Part shown: positions 9,483-20,868 of the stretch, piece by piece
Numbering within the stretch: the first letter of the stretch is position 1
Layout of the letters: the number at the start of each line of letters is the position of its first letter
Source of the DNA: an uncultured delta proteobacterium
GTDB lineage: Bacteria; Myxococcota; Myxococcia; SLRQ01
Assembly (NCBI GenBank): GCA_963727485.1
Contig: CAVSGM010000003.1
Location: 672,001-736,000 of the forward strand
Reading direction: 5' to 3'
DNA: 64,000 nucleotides
Made by a program: the position numbers and the translations under genes
The notes under the pieces: model-generated
Seen by the model: only the letters and a program-made list of their open reading frames with translations
What the model was told of the DNA's origin: nothing
Databases searched by the model: none

Positions 9483-12072
9483 GGTCCGCCACCAGGCCGG
9501 TCCACCCGGTCTGGTGCATCGCCCCGAGGCCGGCGCCGGTGTCGCCGTGGAAGTACTCGTGGAAGAGGAGCAGGTCGTGCCACGCCGGGTCCGTCTGGAA
9601 CCGCTCGTAGCCCCCGAACACCGGCCGCCGCCCCGAGGCGTCGTCGCGGAAGAGCGAGACCAGGCGCCTGGTGAGCTCGCCTGCGACCTCGGCGAGGGTC
9701 GCCATCCGCCCCGAGCCGGTGGGGCACTCGACCCGGAAGTCGTCGCCGAGGTAGCCGTGGAACCGGCGCAGGGCCTCGATGAGCAGGAAGTTCACCGGCA
9801 TCCACACCGGCCCGCGCCAGTTGGAGTTGCCCCCGAAGAGGCCGGTGGTGCTCTCCCCGGGCTCGTAGTCGAGCCGCGCGGTGGCGCCGCCGAGGCGGAT
9901 CTCCAGGGGATGGTCCCGGTGGTACCGGGAGAGCGCCCGCACCCCGTGGGGTGAGAGGAACTCGTCCTCGTCGAGGACCCGCGCCAGGATCCGCCGGAGG
10001 CGCTCGGGCGAGACGATGGACATCAGCCGCCGGGCCCGGTCCGAGCCGGTGTCGCAGTGGGCCACCACCCCGCCGTACTCGGGCTTGTGGTCGACGAACC
10101 ACCCCATGCGCCGGGCGAAGTCCGGGAGCCGGTCGACCCCCTCGCCGTCGAGGACCGCCACCGCGAACAGGGGCACCAGCCCCACCATCGACCGCCCGCG
10201 CACCGGGGTCACCGACCCGTCCCGGTGGCGCCACACGTCGTAGTAGAAGCCGTCGGCCTCGTCCCAGAGCCCCTGGTCGTTCATCGCCGAGGCGATGTAG
10301 GCGAAGTGCTCGAAGAACTTGGTGGCGACGTCCTCGTAGACCGGGTCCTTCTCGGCGAGGACCAGCGCGATGTCGAGGAGGTCGAGGGCGTACATCGCCA
10401 TCCAGGCGGTGCCGTCGCTCTGCTCCAGCCACCCGTCGCCGGGGAGCGGCTGGGAGCGGTCGAAGGGCCCGATGTTGTCGAGGCCGAGGAACCCGCCCTC
10501 GAACACGTTGTTCCCCGCCGTGTCCTTGCGGTTCACCCACCAGGTGAAGTTGAGGAGCAGCTTGTGGAACACCCGCTCCAAGAACGCCCGGTCGCGCCGC
10601 CCGTCGAGCTCGAAGACCCTCCGCGCCGCCCAGGCGTGCACCGGCGGGTTCACGTCGCCAAACGCCCACTCGTAGGCCGGCAGCTGCCCCGAGGGGTGCA
10701 TGTACCACTCGCGGCACAGGAGGGTGAGCTGGTGCTTGGCGAAGGCCGGGTCCACGTGGGCCAGCGCCACCGTGTGGAACGCCAGGTCCCAGGCGGCGTA
10801 CCAGGGGTACTCCCACTTGTCCGGCATCGAGATCACGTCGCGGTTGTTGAGGTGGCGCCACCCGGCGTTGCGCCCGCGCTTCCGGGACGCCGGCGGGGTC
10901 GGCTCGCCGGGATCGCCGTCGAGCCAGCGCGCCACGTCGAAGTGGTAGAACTGCTTCGACCAGAGCATCCCCGCGAAGGCCTGGCGCAGGGTGGCGCGGT
11001 CCTGGGTGTCGGTGCCGTCCGGCGCCCGCTCGGCGTGGAAGGCGTCGGCCTCCTGCGCCCGCTGGCGCATCGTCCGGGTGAAGCCGCGCTCCAGGTCCGG
11101 CGGGTCGCCCGTGGGCCGGGCGAGGCGCAGGCGCAGCTCGACCTCGCCCCCGGCGGGGACCTCGAGCCGGTAGTGGAAGGCGGCCTTGGTCCCCCGGTGC
11201 GCCGGGTTCACCGTGGCGGCGCCATGCAGGAGGTGGTCGCCGATGCCGTCCTTGGGGAAGGGCGTGGCGGCGGCGCCGCCGAAGAGGCGGGGAAAGTTGG
11301 TCTCGTTCTCGCAGAACAGCGCCTCGGGCGCCTGGCCGTCCGGGCCGGGCGCCGCCGCCAGCCGGTAGTCCCCGAGCCCCTCGTGCTGCGCCAGGATCCC
11401 GCCGTCGGCGTCGAGGGCCAGCTTTGGCCTCGCCGACCCGGGCGCCCAGCTCCAGGTGTTCCGGAACCACAGGGTCGGCAGCACCCGCAGCGGCGCCGCC
11501 TCCGGGCCATGGTTGCGCACGGTGATCCGCATCAGCAGGTCCTCGGGCCCGGCCTTCGCGTAGTCCACCGAGACCGCGAAGTACCGGTCGCCGTCGAAGA
11601 TCCCCGTGTCCACCAGCTCGTACTCGGGCTGCCCCCGGCCGCGCCGGCGGTTCTCCGCCACCAGCTCGCCATAGGGGAAGGCGGCCTGGGCATAGTGCAT
11701 CCGCCAGCGCATCCAGGCGTGGGAGGGCACCGCGTCGAGGTACCACCAGTACTCCTTGGCGTCCTCGCCGTGGTTCCCCTCCTCGCCGGTGAGCCCGAAG
11801 ATCCGCTCCTTGAGGATCGGGTCGCGCTCGTTCCACAGGGCGAGCGCCAGGCAGAGCCGCTGGCGCAGATCGCACATCCCCGCCAGGCCGTCCTCGCTCC
11901 AGCGGTAGGCCCGGGACCGGGCGTGGTCGTGGGGGAAGTAGTCCCAGGCGGTGCCCCCCGGGCTGTAGTCCTCGCGCACCGTCCCCCAGGCCCGCTCCGA
12001 GAGGTAGGGGCCCCAGGCGCGCCACGCCCCCGCCTCCCGGTCCCCGCCCAGCCGCCTCGACTCCGCGCTCAT
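9463..12072 (-). CDS. MGH1-like (GH63-related) glucosidase
   Basis: [53 protein letters not shown]. Confidence 0.9.
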   Translation of the reverse strand: MSAESRRLGGDREAGAWRAWGPYLSERAWGTVREDYSPGGTAWDYFPHDHARSRAYRWSEDGLAGMCDLRQRLCLALALWNERDPILKERIFGLTGEEGNHGEDAKEYWWYLDAVPSHAWMRWRMHYAQAAFPYGELVAENRRRGRGQPEYELVDTGIFDGDRYFAVSVDYAKAGPEDLLMRITVRNHGPEAAPLRVLPTLWFRNTWSWAPGSARPKLALDADGGILAQHEGLGDYRLAAAPGPDGQAPEALFCENETNFPRLFGGAAATPFPKDGIGDHLLHGAATVNPAHRGTKAAFHYRLEVPAGGEVELRLRLARPTGDPPDLERGFTRTMRQRAQEADAFHAERAPDGTDTQDRATLRQAFAGMLWSKQFYHFDVARWLDGDPGEPTPPASRKRGRNAGWRHLNNRDVISMPDKWEYPWYAAWDLAFHTVALAHVDPAFAKHQLTLLCREWYMHPSGQLPAYEWAFGDVNPPVHAWAARRVFELDGRRDRAFLERVFHKLLLNFTWWVNRKDTAGNNVFEGGFLGLDNIGPFDRSQPLPGDGWLEQSDGTAWMAMYALDLLDIALVLAEKDPVYEDVATKFFEHFAYIASAMNDQGLWDEADGFYYDVWRHRDGSVTPVRGRSMVGLVPLFAVAVLDGEGVDRLPDFARRMGWFVDHKPEYGGVVAHCDTGSDRARRLMSIVSPERLRRILARVLDEDEFLSPHGVRALSRYHRDHPLEIRLGGATARLDYEPGESTTGLFGGNSNWRGPVWMPVNFLLIEALRRFHGYLGDDFRVECPTGSGRMATLAEVAGELTRRLVSLFRDDASGRRPVFGGYERFQTDPAWHDLLLFHEYFHGDTGAGLGAMHQTGWTGLVADLIARRR

Positions 12073-12130
12073 GGTCGTTCCTCCGTCCGGACCCCTTCTG
12101 CGGCGAGGCCCGTCGTGTCACCTTGCGACC

Positions 12131-14035
12131 ATGAACGGGATCCTCCTTGGGAGCCAGACCTGTGGCGACCTGGCCAGCGGCGCGGCGCGGGAGTGGCTGG
12201 TCACCGACGGCCTCGGGGGCTACGCCATGGGGACGGTCAGCGGGCTGCGCACCCGGCGCTACCACGGCCTGTTGGTCACCGCGGTGGCCGGCCCGGGGGT
12301 GCGGCGGATGGCGCTGGCGTCCCTGGACCCGGTGCTGGTCCTCGGCGACCGGCGCGTCCGCCTCGGGGTCCACGCCTGGGAGAGCGGCGCCACCGATCCC
12401 CAGGGGCACCGGCTGCTGGCCCGCTTCGCCCTCGTCGACGGGCTCCCGAGCTGGCGGTGGATGGTCGACGGGGTGGTCCTGGAGCGGACGCTGGCCCTCG
12501 CCCGCGGGCGGCCGGCGGTGGGGGTGGTCCACCGGCTGGTGGCGGCCCCGGGAGCGGTGCGCCTGGAGCTCTCGGCCCTGGGTACCTGGCGTGACGTCCA
12601 CGGTGAGCGCTTCGGCACCGGCCCCGCGCCCCTGCGCCCGGTGGACGGCGGCGCCATCTTCGACGACGCCTGGCGCGTCGACGGCCCGGGCTTCGTCCCC
12701 GCCGGCGACTGGTACCGGGGGGTGCGCCACCCCGAGGAGGCGGCGCGGGGCCTCGCCGACCACGAGGACCTCTGCCACCTCGGGACCTTCGCCCGGGACC
12801 TGGCCCCCGGCGACACCCTGGAGGTCCTCGCCTGGGCCGGGGAGCTCGACGCCCGCCCCGACCCGGCCGCCACCCTGGTCGACGCCGCCCGGGCACGGGC
12901 CCGCGCCGTCGTCGCCCGGGCGAAGGCCGCGGACCCGGTGGACGCCGCCCTGGCCCTCGCCGCCGACCACCACCGCATCGACGGGCCCACCGCCGTCGCC
13001 GGCTACCCCTGGTTCGGCGAGTGGTCCCGGGACAGCCTCACCAGCTACGCCGGCCTCTACCTCGAGACCGGGGAGCACGACGCCGGCCGGGCGCTCCTGG
13101 CACGCCTCGCCGGCCGGTTCGAGCAGGGCCTGCTCCCCAACACCACCGACGGCGGCGACGCCCAGTACAACACCGCCGACGCCACCCCCTGGTACCTCCA
13201 CGTCCTCGCCCGCCACGTCGAGGCCACCGGGGACACCGATCTGGCCGCCGAGGTGCTCCCGGCGGTGGAGCGGGCCGTCGCCGACCTCGTCGCCGGCACC
13301 CGCTACGGCATCCGCGTCGATGCCGCCGACGGCCTGCTGACCCAGGGCGCCGACGGCGTCGCCCTCACCTGGATGGACGCCCGGGTCCGGGGTCGGGCGG
13401 TCACGCCCCGCGCCGGCAAGCCGGTGGAGGTGAACGCCCTCTGGGTCGCCGGGCTGACCGCCGTCGCCAGGCTCCAGCGGCGCCTCGGGCGAAAGGACAC
13501 CCTCTCGGCCCTCGCCGACCGGGCCCGGGCGGGGTTCCCCGAACGCTTCGTCCGGGGCGGCGCCGTCCTCGACGTCGCCTCCGGCCCCGGCGGGGACGAC
13601 GCCTCCCTGCGCCCCAACCAGCTCTTCGCCGTGGGCCTCCCCGGGGCGCCGCTCCAGGGCGACATCGCCCGCTCGGTCGTGGACACGGTGCGCCGCCGGC
13701 TCCTCACCCCCCTGGGCCCGAGGTCCCTCGATCCCGCCGATCCCGCCTACCGCGGCAGCCACCACGGGGGCCCGGCAAGGCGCGACCGGGCCTACCACCA
13801 GGGCACCGTGTGGCCCTGGCTCACGGGGATCTACGTCGACGCCGCCCTGGCCACGGGCGCCCCCACCGACGGCGTCCTCGACGGGCTCGAGGCCCACCTC
13901 GGCGAGTGGGGTCTGGGCTCGGTCTCCGAGACGACCGACGGCGACGCGCCCCACCTCGCCACCGGCTGCCCGTTCCAGGCGTGGTCGGTGGCCGAGGTGC
14001 TCCGGGCACGTCGCCGTCTCATCCAGTCACGCTGA
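12131..14035 (+). CDS. Amylo-alpha-1,6-glucosidase (glycogen debranching enzyme, GDE_N + GDE_C)
   Basis: REWLVTDGLGGYA, TRRYHGLL, AGYPWF, LTWMDA, RPNQ, YHQGTVWPW, QAWS. Confidence 0.92.
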   Translation: MNGILLGSQTCGDLASGAAREWLVTDGLGGYAMGTVSGLRTRRYHGLLVTAVAGPGVRRMALASLDPVLVLGDRRVRLGVHAWESGATDPQGHRLLARFALVDGLPSWRWMVDGVVLERTLALARGRPAVGVVHRLVAAPGAVRLELSALGTWRDVHGERFGTGPAPLRPVDGGAIFDDAWRVDGPGFVPAGDWYRGVRHPEEAARGLADHEDLCHLGTFARDLAPGDTLEVLAWAGELDARPDPAATLVDAARARARAVVARAKAADPVDAALALAADHHRIDGPTAVAGYPWFGEWSRDSLTSYAGLYLETGEHDAGRALLARLAGRFEQGLLPNTTDGGDAQYNTADATPWYLHVLARHVEATGDTDLAAEVLPAVERAVADLVAGTRYGIRVDAADGLLTQGADGVALTWMDARVRGRAVTPRAGKPVEVNALWVAGLTAVARLQRRLGRKDTLSALADRARAGFPERFVRGGAVLDVASGPGGDDASLRPNQLFAVGLPGAPLQGDIARSVVDTVRRRLLTPLGPRSLDPADPAYRGSHHGGPARRDRAYHQGTVWPWLTGIYVDAALATGAPTDGVLDGLEAHLGEWGLGSVSETTDGDAPHLATGCPFQAWSVAEVLRARRRLIQSR

Positions 14036-14044
14036 AGCGTGGCC

Positions 14045-14590
14045 TCAGCCCGCAGGGACCTCGCCCGGCATCAGCACCGTGTCGATGACGTGGATGATCC
14101 CGTTGGAGGCGCGGATGTCGGTCCCGGTGACGGTGGCGCCACCGACCATCACCTTGCCGTTCATCGACTTGACCTCGAGCATCTTGCCGTTGACGGTCTT
14201 GAGCTCGGTCTGCTTCATGACGTCCTCGGCGGTCAGGCTGCCAGGGACCACGTGGTAGGTGAGGATGGCGCGCAGCTGGTCCTTGTTCTCGGGCTTGAGC
14301 AGGTCGGCCAGGGTGCCCTCGGGCAGCCGGGCGAAGGCCGCGTCGGTGGGGGCGAAGACGGTGAAGGGTCCGGCCCCCTCGAGGGTGGAGGTGAGGTCCG
14401 CGGCCTTGAGGGCCTTGAGCAGGGTGCCGAACTCACCCTTGTGCTCCGCGGTCTTGATGAGGTCCTTCTTGGCCTTGGCGCTCTCGCCCTCGGCGTGCTC
14501 GTACCCACCGGCGAGGGCGGCGGTGCCCACGCCCAGAGCGAGACCGGCGACGAGGGCGACCAGGGCGCGCAGCGAAAAGATATTCTTCAT
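14045..14590 (-). CDS. Secreted fasciclin (FAS1) domain protein
   Basis: Signal peptide; GPFTVFAPTDAAF, ILTYHVV, ASNGIIHVIDTVL. Confidence 0.92.
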   Translation of the reverse strand: MKNIFSLRALVALVAGLALGVGTAALAGGYEHAEGESAKAKKDLIKTAEHKGEFGTLLKALKAADLTSTLEGAGPFTVFAPTDAAFARLPEGTLADLLKPENKDQLRAILTYHVVPGSLTAEDVMKQTELKTVNGKMLEVKSMNGKVMVGGATVTGTDIRASNGIIHVIDTVLMPGEVPAG

Positions 14591-14754
14591 GACGTTCTCC
14601 ATGGCCGGGGTGCATCGATCGCGCACCACGCGCGCAGCCCCCCGGCAGCGGTGGATCTAGGGACCCGGGCCGAGGGTTCAACGCGGGTTCGTGCCCCACG
14701 AGGAGGGCTAGGTGGGGCAGGATGCGCCCGGGGGTGGGGGGCCTCGGGGGCGCG

Positions 14755-14805
14755 TTGACGGGCGGGTCGGCTGGTCTATACTCGGCCTGAATGAGTATTC
14801 ATTCG
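14755..14805 (+). promoter_or_regulatory. Sigma70-type promoter followed by a palindromic TetR (FadR/YsiA-like) operator
   Basis: TTGACG (14755-60)-N16-TATACT (14777-82); palindrome TGAATGAGTATTCATTC at 14788-14804. Confidence 0.7.
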
Positions 14806-14870
14806 GTGGCTCGGCGAGCGTCGCCGGGCCCGCCGCGTCCCACCCCGACGATCCCCCGACGGAGCCCACC

Positions 14871-16685
14871 ATGACCGCCCAGCCCGAGGCCCGCACCGAG
14901 TCCACCGCCCCCAAGCCCGCCGAGCCGCGCCCCCCCCGGGGCGGCGCCTTCCTCCTCACCGAGGTCGCCACCGAGCCGGTGTTCACCCCGGAGAAGCTCA
15001 CCGAGGAGCAGCGGATGTTCTTCCGCACCGCCACCGACTTCGTCGAGGGCGAGGTCCTCCCCAAGGCCGAGGCCATCGAGCAGAAGAACCCGGCGCTGCT
15101 GCGCGACCTGCTCGGGAAGGCCGGTGAGCTGGGCCTGTTGATGATCGAGATCCCCGAGCGCTTCGGGGGGCTGGGCTCCGACGTGACCACCGCGCTGCTG
15201 GTGGCCGAGGCCATGGCGCGCCTGGGCTCCTGGTCGGTGACCATCGGCGCCCACACCGGCATCGGCACCCAGCCCATCCTCTTCTTCGCGAGCGACGCCC
15301 AGAAGCAGAAGTACCTCCCGAGCCTCGCCACCGGCGAGAAGATCGCCGCCTACGCCCTCACCGAGCCCGGCGCCGGCTCCGACGCCCTGGCCGGCCGCAC
15401 CAAGGCGACGCTCTCGGAGGACGGAACCCACTACCTGCTCAACGGTTCCAAGCAGTGGATCACCAACGGCGGCATCGCCGACGTGTTCGTGGTCTTCGCC
15501 AAGATCGACGGCGACAAGTTCACCGGGTTCATCGTGGAGAAGGGCACCGAGGGCTTCACCGTGGGGCCCGAGGAGCACAAGATGGGCATCCGGGGCTCGT
15601 CGACGACGACGCTCCACTTCGAGGACGCCAGGGTGCCGGTGGAGAACGTGCTCTTCGAGATCGGCAAGGGCCACAAGATCGCGTTCAACATCCTCAACAT
15701 GGGCCGCCTGAAGCTGGGCTTCGGCGCCACCGGCGGCGCCCGCTACATGCTGCGCGACGCCATCGAGTACGGGCAGACGCGCAAGACCTTCGGCCACGCC
15801 ATCCTCGACTACGGCATGATCCGGATGAAGCTCGCCCGGATGGCGGCGCTCATCCACGCCTCCGAGTCCATGGCCTACCGCACCGCGGGGATGGTCGACG
15901 CCTTCATCGAGGCCGGCGGCGGGCACGAAAACGAGGAGGCCACCCGCGCCGCCCTCGAGGAGTTCGCCATCGAGAGCTCGATCATGAAGGTCTTCGGCTC
16001 CGAGACCCTCTTCTACGTCGCCGACGAGGACCTGCAGATCCACGGCGGCTACGGCTACGTCGAGGACTACATGATCGAGCGCGGGTTCCGGGACCAGCGC
16101 ATCAACCGGATCTTCGAGGGGACCAACGAGATCAACCGGCTGCTGGTCCCGGGGATGCTCCTCAAGCGGGCGATGAAGGGCACCCTGGCCCTGCTGCCGA
16201 AAAGCGCCGAGGTGGTGCAGGCCCTCGAGGCGGGCGAGGCCACCCTGCCCACCTACGAGGGGCCGCTGGCCCGGGAGCGCCAGGCCGCCGAGGCGGTCAA
16301 GCAGCTGGCCATCTACGTCACCGCCATGGCCGTGGGCCGCTTCGGGCCGGGGCTCGAGGCCGAGCAGGAGGTCCTGGGGCCGCTGGCCGACGTGGTCGCC
16401 GCCGCCTACGCCATCGACGCCACCGTCACCCGGTCCCTCCAGCACCAGGGCGACCGCTTCGAGCTGCGCGAGGCCCTGACCCGCCACTTCGTCGCCGACG
16501 CCTGGGAGCAGGCCTTCGTCACCTCGAGGCGGCTTCTGGCCACCATCGGCGGGGAGAAGGCCGGGAAGATGATCGCCGCCGTCGCCGGGCTCTACGTCCA
16601 CGCGCCCTTCGACTTCAAGGCGACCCAGGAGGCCATCGTCACCGCGGCCATCGAGGCGGGCGGCTACCCGCTGGCGCTGGGGTAG
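14871..16685 (+). CDS. Acyl-CoA dehydrogenase (FadE/VLCAD-like)
   Basis: YALTEPGAGSD, GSKQWITNG, KMGIRGS, QIHGGYGY, RINRIFEGTNEINR; GGAG RBS before ATG. Confidence 0.93.
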   Translation: MTAQPEARTESTAPKPAEPRPPRGGAFLLTEVATEPVFTPEKLTEEQRMFFRTATDFVEGEVLPKAEAIEQKNPALLRDLLGKAGELGLLMIEIPERFGGLGSDVTTALLVAEAMARLGSWSVTIGAHTGIGTQPILFFASDAQKQKYLPSLATGEKIAAYALTEPGAGSDALAGRTKATLSEDGTHYLLNGSKQWITNGGIADVFVVFAKIDGDKFTGFIVEKGTEGFTVGPEEHKMGIRGSSTTTLHFEDARVPVENVLFEIGKGHKIAFNILNMGRLKLGFGATGGARYMLRDAIEYGQTRKTFGHAILDYGMIRMKLARMAALIHASESMAYRTAGMVDAFIEAGGGHENEEATRAALEEFAIESSIMKVFGSETLFYVADEDLQIHGGYGYVEDYMIERGFRDQRINRIFEGTNEINRLLVPGMLLKRAMKGTLALLPKSAEVVQALEAGEATLPTYEGPLARERQAAEAVKQLAIYVTAMAVGRFGPGLEAEQEVLGPLADVVAAAYAIDATVTRSLQHQGDRFELREALTRHFVADAWEQAFVTSRRLLATIGGEKAGKMIAAVAGLYVHAPFDFKATQEAIVTAAIEAGGYPLALG

Positions 16686-16743
16686 GCCGGGCGCCTCGTA
16701 TCCGTTGACCGCCGCCCCGGGCACCACTAGGGTCTGCGCGCCC

Positions 16744-17514
16744 ATGGACGCGTCCGTCGCCACCCTCGAGGCCGAGGCTCTCAAGGGCCCCATCCCGGCC
16801 CACGTCGCCATCATCATGGACGGCAACGGGCGATGGGCCGAGGCCCGGGGGCGCCCGCGCCTCGCCGGCCACCGGGAGGGCGCCGAGTCGGTGCGCGCGG
16901 TGACCCGCAGCGCCCGGCGCCTGGGGGTCAAGGCCCTGACCCTCTACGCCTTCAGCGCCCAGAACTGGGCCCGCCCCGAGGCCGAGGTCGCCGGGCTCAT
17001 GGGCCTGCTCCGGGACTACCTCCTCGGCGAGCGCGAGGAGCTGATGGACCACGACATCCGCCTGGCCGCCGTCGGCGACCTCGACCGGTTGCCGCCCCAC
17101 GTCCGGGAGCCCCTCGACGAGCTGATGGCCGACACCGCGGTGGGCGAGGAGATGGTCCTCACCCTCTGCCTCTCCTATGGCGGCCGGGAGGAGCTGGTCA
17201 CCGCCGCGAGGCGCCTCGCCGCCGAGGTCGCCGCCGGGCGCCTCGCCCCAGACGACATCGACGCCGAGGTCTTCGCCGGGCGCCTCTGGACCGGCGACCT
17301 CCCCGAGCCCGACCTCCTCATCCGCACCAGCGGCGAGCAGCGCCTCTCGAACTTCCTCCTCTGGGGGAGCGCCTACGCCGAGCTGGTCTTCACCTCCACC
17401 CCCTGGCCCGAGTTCCGGGAGGCGGACCTCTGCCGCGCCATCGGGGCCTACCAGCGCCGGGATCGGCGCTTCGGCCTCACCGGCGGCCAGCTGCGTGGCC
17501 CCGACGGCCTCTAG
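16744..17514 (+). CDS. uppS: Undecaprenyl diphosphate synthase
   Basis: HVAIIMDGNGRWA, YAFSAQNW.RP, IRTSGEQRLSNFLLW. Confidence 0.95.
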   Translation: MDASVATLEAEALKGPIPAHVAIIMDGNGRWAEARGRPRLAGHREGAESVRAVTRSARRLGVKALTLYAFSAQNWARPEAEVAGLMGLLRDYLLGEREELMDHDIRLAAVGDLDRLPPHVREPLDELMADTAVGEEMVLTLCLSYGGREELVTAARRLAAEVAAGRLAPDDIDAEVFAGRLWTGDLPEPDLLIRTSGEQRLSNFLLWGSAYAELVFTSTPWPEFREADLCRAIGAYQRRDRRFGLTGGQLRGPDGL

Positions 17515-17526
17515 GACGCCCGGGTC

Positions 17527-18387
17527 ATGGCCGAGAACCGCTCCCAGCTCGCCCTGCGCATCGTCAGCGCCCTGGTGATCCTCCCGGTGGTGCTGGGGCT
17601 GGTGTGGCTCGGGGGCTGGCCCTTCGTCGCCCTGGTGGCCTTCGCCGCCGGGCTCTCGGCCTGGGAGCTGGGCAGCCTGGTCCTCGGGGGGGCGCCGACG
17701 CTGCAGAAGTGGCTGATGGCGCTGCTCACCGCCGCGGTCCCGGTGGTCGCCGGGCGCCTCCTCGCCCACGCCCCGGGCGAGATGCTCCTGGCCGCCCTGG
17801 CGGTGCTCCCGCTGCCCTTCCTCTTCGCCGCGGTGCTCCGCCCCGGTGAGCACCTCGAGCGCGCCGTGGCCTTCGCCGGCCTGGGCATCGCCACGGTGGT
17901 CTACGTGGGCGGGATGCTCGCCGCCGCGGTGCGCCTCCGGGACCACGGGCCGTCGGGGTTCTGGTGGCTGGTCCTCCTGATGGCGGTCACCTGGCTCAAC
18001 GACACCGGCGCCTACTTCGCCGGCCACGCCTTCGGCCGCCACAAGCTCTCGCCCCGGGTCTCCCCGGGGAAGACCGTGGAGGGCGCCATCGGCGGCCTGC
18101 TGGCCAGCGTCGGCGGGGCGTTCGCGGTCCAGGCGGTGAGCACCACCTCGCTCCTCCACTCGGTGCCGCCGCTGAACCTCTCGCCGGTCGGCTGCGTGGT
18201 CGCCGGGATCCTCGCCGGCGTGGTCGGGCCCCTGGGCGACCTCGCCGAGTCGCTGTTCAAGCGGGCCTTCGGCGCCAAGGACTCGGGGCACTTCATGCCC
18301 GGCCACGGGGGGCTCCTCGACCGCATCGACGCCCTCCTCTTCAACGCCGCGGTGCTCTGGGCCTTCGTGGTCCTCCTCCACCGGTGA
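17527..18387 (+). CDS. cdsA: Phosphatidate cytidylyltransferase
   Basis: DTGAYFAG, SPGKTVEG, GDLAESLFKR..GAKDSG..MPGHGGLLDRID. Confidence 0.95.
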   Translation: MAENRSQLALRIVSALVILPVVLGLVWLGGWPFVALVAFAAGLSAWELGSLVLGGAPTLQKWLMALLTAAVPVVAGRLLAHAPGEMLLAALAVLPLPFLFAAVLRPGEHLERAVAFAGLGIATVVYVGGMLAAAVRLRDHGPSGFWWLVLLMAVTWLNDTGAYFAGHAFGRHKLSPRVSPGKTVEGAIGGLLASVGGAFAVQAVSTTSLLHSVPPLNLSPVGCVVAGILAGVVGPLGDLAESLFKRAFGAKDSGHFMPGHGGLLDRIDALLFNAAVLWAFVVLLHR

Positions 18388-18391
18388 CCCG

Positions 18392-19141
18392 ATGCGCCTC
18401 CTCGCCCTCGACAGCTCGACCCTGACCCTCTCCGCCGCCCTGGTGGAGCTCGGCGACGACGGCGCGGTGATCCGGGTCCGCGAGGCGGGCGGGCAGACGG
18501 CCCGGGGCCAGCACTCGGTCAGGCTGCCCGGGGTCCTCACCGAGCTCCTCGAGGCCGAGGGCCTCGCCGTGGGCGACCTCGACGGCCTGGTCGCCGGCCT
18601 CGGCCCCGGGTCGTTCACCGGTCTGCGCACCGGGCTCGCCACCCTCAAGGGCCTCGCCTACGCGGCAAGGCGCCCCCTCACCGGGGCCTCGTCCCTTTCG
18701 GCCATGGCGCTCGCCGCCGCCGACGCCCTGGCCGCCGCCGGGACCCCGGCGGGCCCGGACACCCTCCTGGTCCCCACCCTCGACGCGAGGCGCGAGCAGG
18801 TCTACGCGGGCTTCTACCGGGTGGACCGGTCGGGGGCGGTGGTCGCCGACGGAGACGATCAGCCCCTGGACCCGGCGGCCCTCGTCGAGGCCGTGGCCCG
18901 GGCCTCCGGCGCGGCGGTGGTCTTCGGCCAGGGGGCCGTCGCCTATCCGGACGCCCTGGGGCCCGTCCCCAAGGGGCTTCCCCTCACCCCCCCGGCGGCG
19001 GCCCTGGCCCGCCTCGGCGCCAGGTCCCTGGGATCCTTCGACAAGGCGGCGGTCCTGGCCCTGGTGCCCCGCTACGTCCGCCGGAGCGAGGCCGAGGAGA
19101 AGCGCGCCGCGGGCCTCCTGCGCCTCCCCGGGAGCCGGTGA
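18392..19141 (+). CDS. tsaB: tRNA threonylcarbamoyltransferase dimerization subunit
   Basis: LALDSST, GPGSFTGLR, DARR.QVY, P.YVRRSEAE. Confidence 0.92.
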   Translation: MRLLALDSSTLTLSAALVELGDDGAVIRVREAGGQTARGQHSVRLPGVLTELLEAEGLAVGDLDGLVAGLGPGSFTGLRTGLATLKGLAYAARRPLTGASSLSAMALAAADALAAAGTPAGPDTLLVPTLDARREQVYAGFYRVDRSGAVVADGDDQPLDPAALVEAVARASGAAVVFGQGAVAYPDALGPVPKGLPLTPPAAALARLGARSLGSFDKAAVLALVPRYVRRSEAEEKRAAGLLRLPGSR

Positions 19142-19159
19142 CGACACGGCGTCCGGGCG

Positions 19160-19188
19160 TTGACAGGCGCCGAGCCCGCGCCTACCGT
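19160..19188 (+). promoter_or_regulatory. Putative sigma70 promoter
   Basis: TTGACA (19160-65)-N17-TACCGT (19183-88). Confidence 0.55.
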
Positions 19189-19199
19189 TTCCCGTGTGG

Positions 19200-19355
19200 A
19201 TTGCCCCCGGCAGCCCACGACGGCCCTGGCCCGAGGCCGCGTCCCGAAGGCGCCCCCAGCGCCGATTCGGACGCGATCCAGGCCGGGACCGAGCAGCAAC
19301 TCCCGAGAACGGGTCTCCATCCGCCGGGGGCGGCTGGTGACCACCAAGGAGACGG
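19200..19355 (+). ncRNA. Candidate structured RNA or 5' leader of unknown family
   Basis: Nested stems 19203-11/19323-31, 19221-29/19278-85, 19238-44/19269-75, 19249-53/19259-63; GTCTCC (19313-18) is complementary to the RBS region GGAGAC (19348-53). Confidence 0.4.
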
Positions 19356-19362
19356 CTTGACC

Positions 19363-19563
19363 ATGGAGCGCGCACTCTCGCAGAGCGAACCCACGGAAGA
19401 TCTGATCCACCAGCTCGAGGATCGGCACCAGCAGCTCGACACCCAGCTCGACTCCCTCGAGCACCAGTCCTCGTGGAGTGTCGACGAGGAGGCGGAGATC
19501 CGTCGGATCAAGAAGCTCAAGCTCCAGACCAAGGACCAGATCGCGAACCTACGCCACGACTAG
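19363..19563 (+). CDS. DUF465/YdcH-family small coiled-coil protein
   Basis: H..LD..L..LE...EE.EI.RIKKLKLQTKDQI pattern; AAGGAG RBS. Confidence 0.8.
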   Translation: MERALSQSEPTEDLIHQLEDRHQQLDTQLDSLEHQSSWSVDEEAEIRRIKKLKLQTKDQIANLRHD

Positions 19564-19644
19564 CGTCTCGCGACCCGGCATTCTCTCGCCCCGGGGGCCC
19601 ACTGGCCTGCCGGGGCGTTTCACACCCCCAGGAAAGAGCAGCAC

Positions 19645-20667
<1,023 letters not shown>

Positions 20668-20868
20668 GGCGCGCCTGCCAAAGTGGCACCGGGGCCGCGG
20701 CCCGGCCCCGGGCTTTGACACTTTGTCGCCGCCGGTGTAACCCCGTGGCGGCTGGGCCCCCAGGGATTCCAGGGGGTTGAACCGCCAGGCGCGGGCGCGC
20801 GCCCTGGCCCGGCCCTTGCTCAGGACCAACGAGGTCCCGATCCACCTCCTCCGTCCAAGGCTCCCGCG

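Noticed and set aside
19276..19300. CAGGCCGGGACCGAGCAGC resembling SRP RNA domain IV; overall rod shape resembling 6S RNA
   Set aside because: The stem and GNRA loop geometry and flanking helices do not fit. Left as an unclassified structured RNA.
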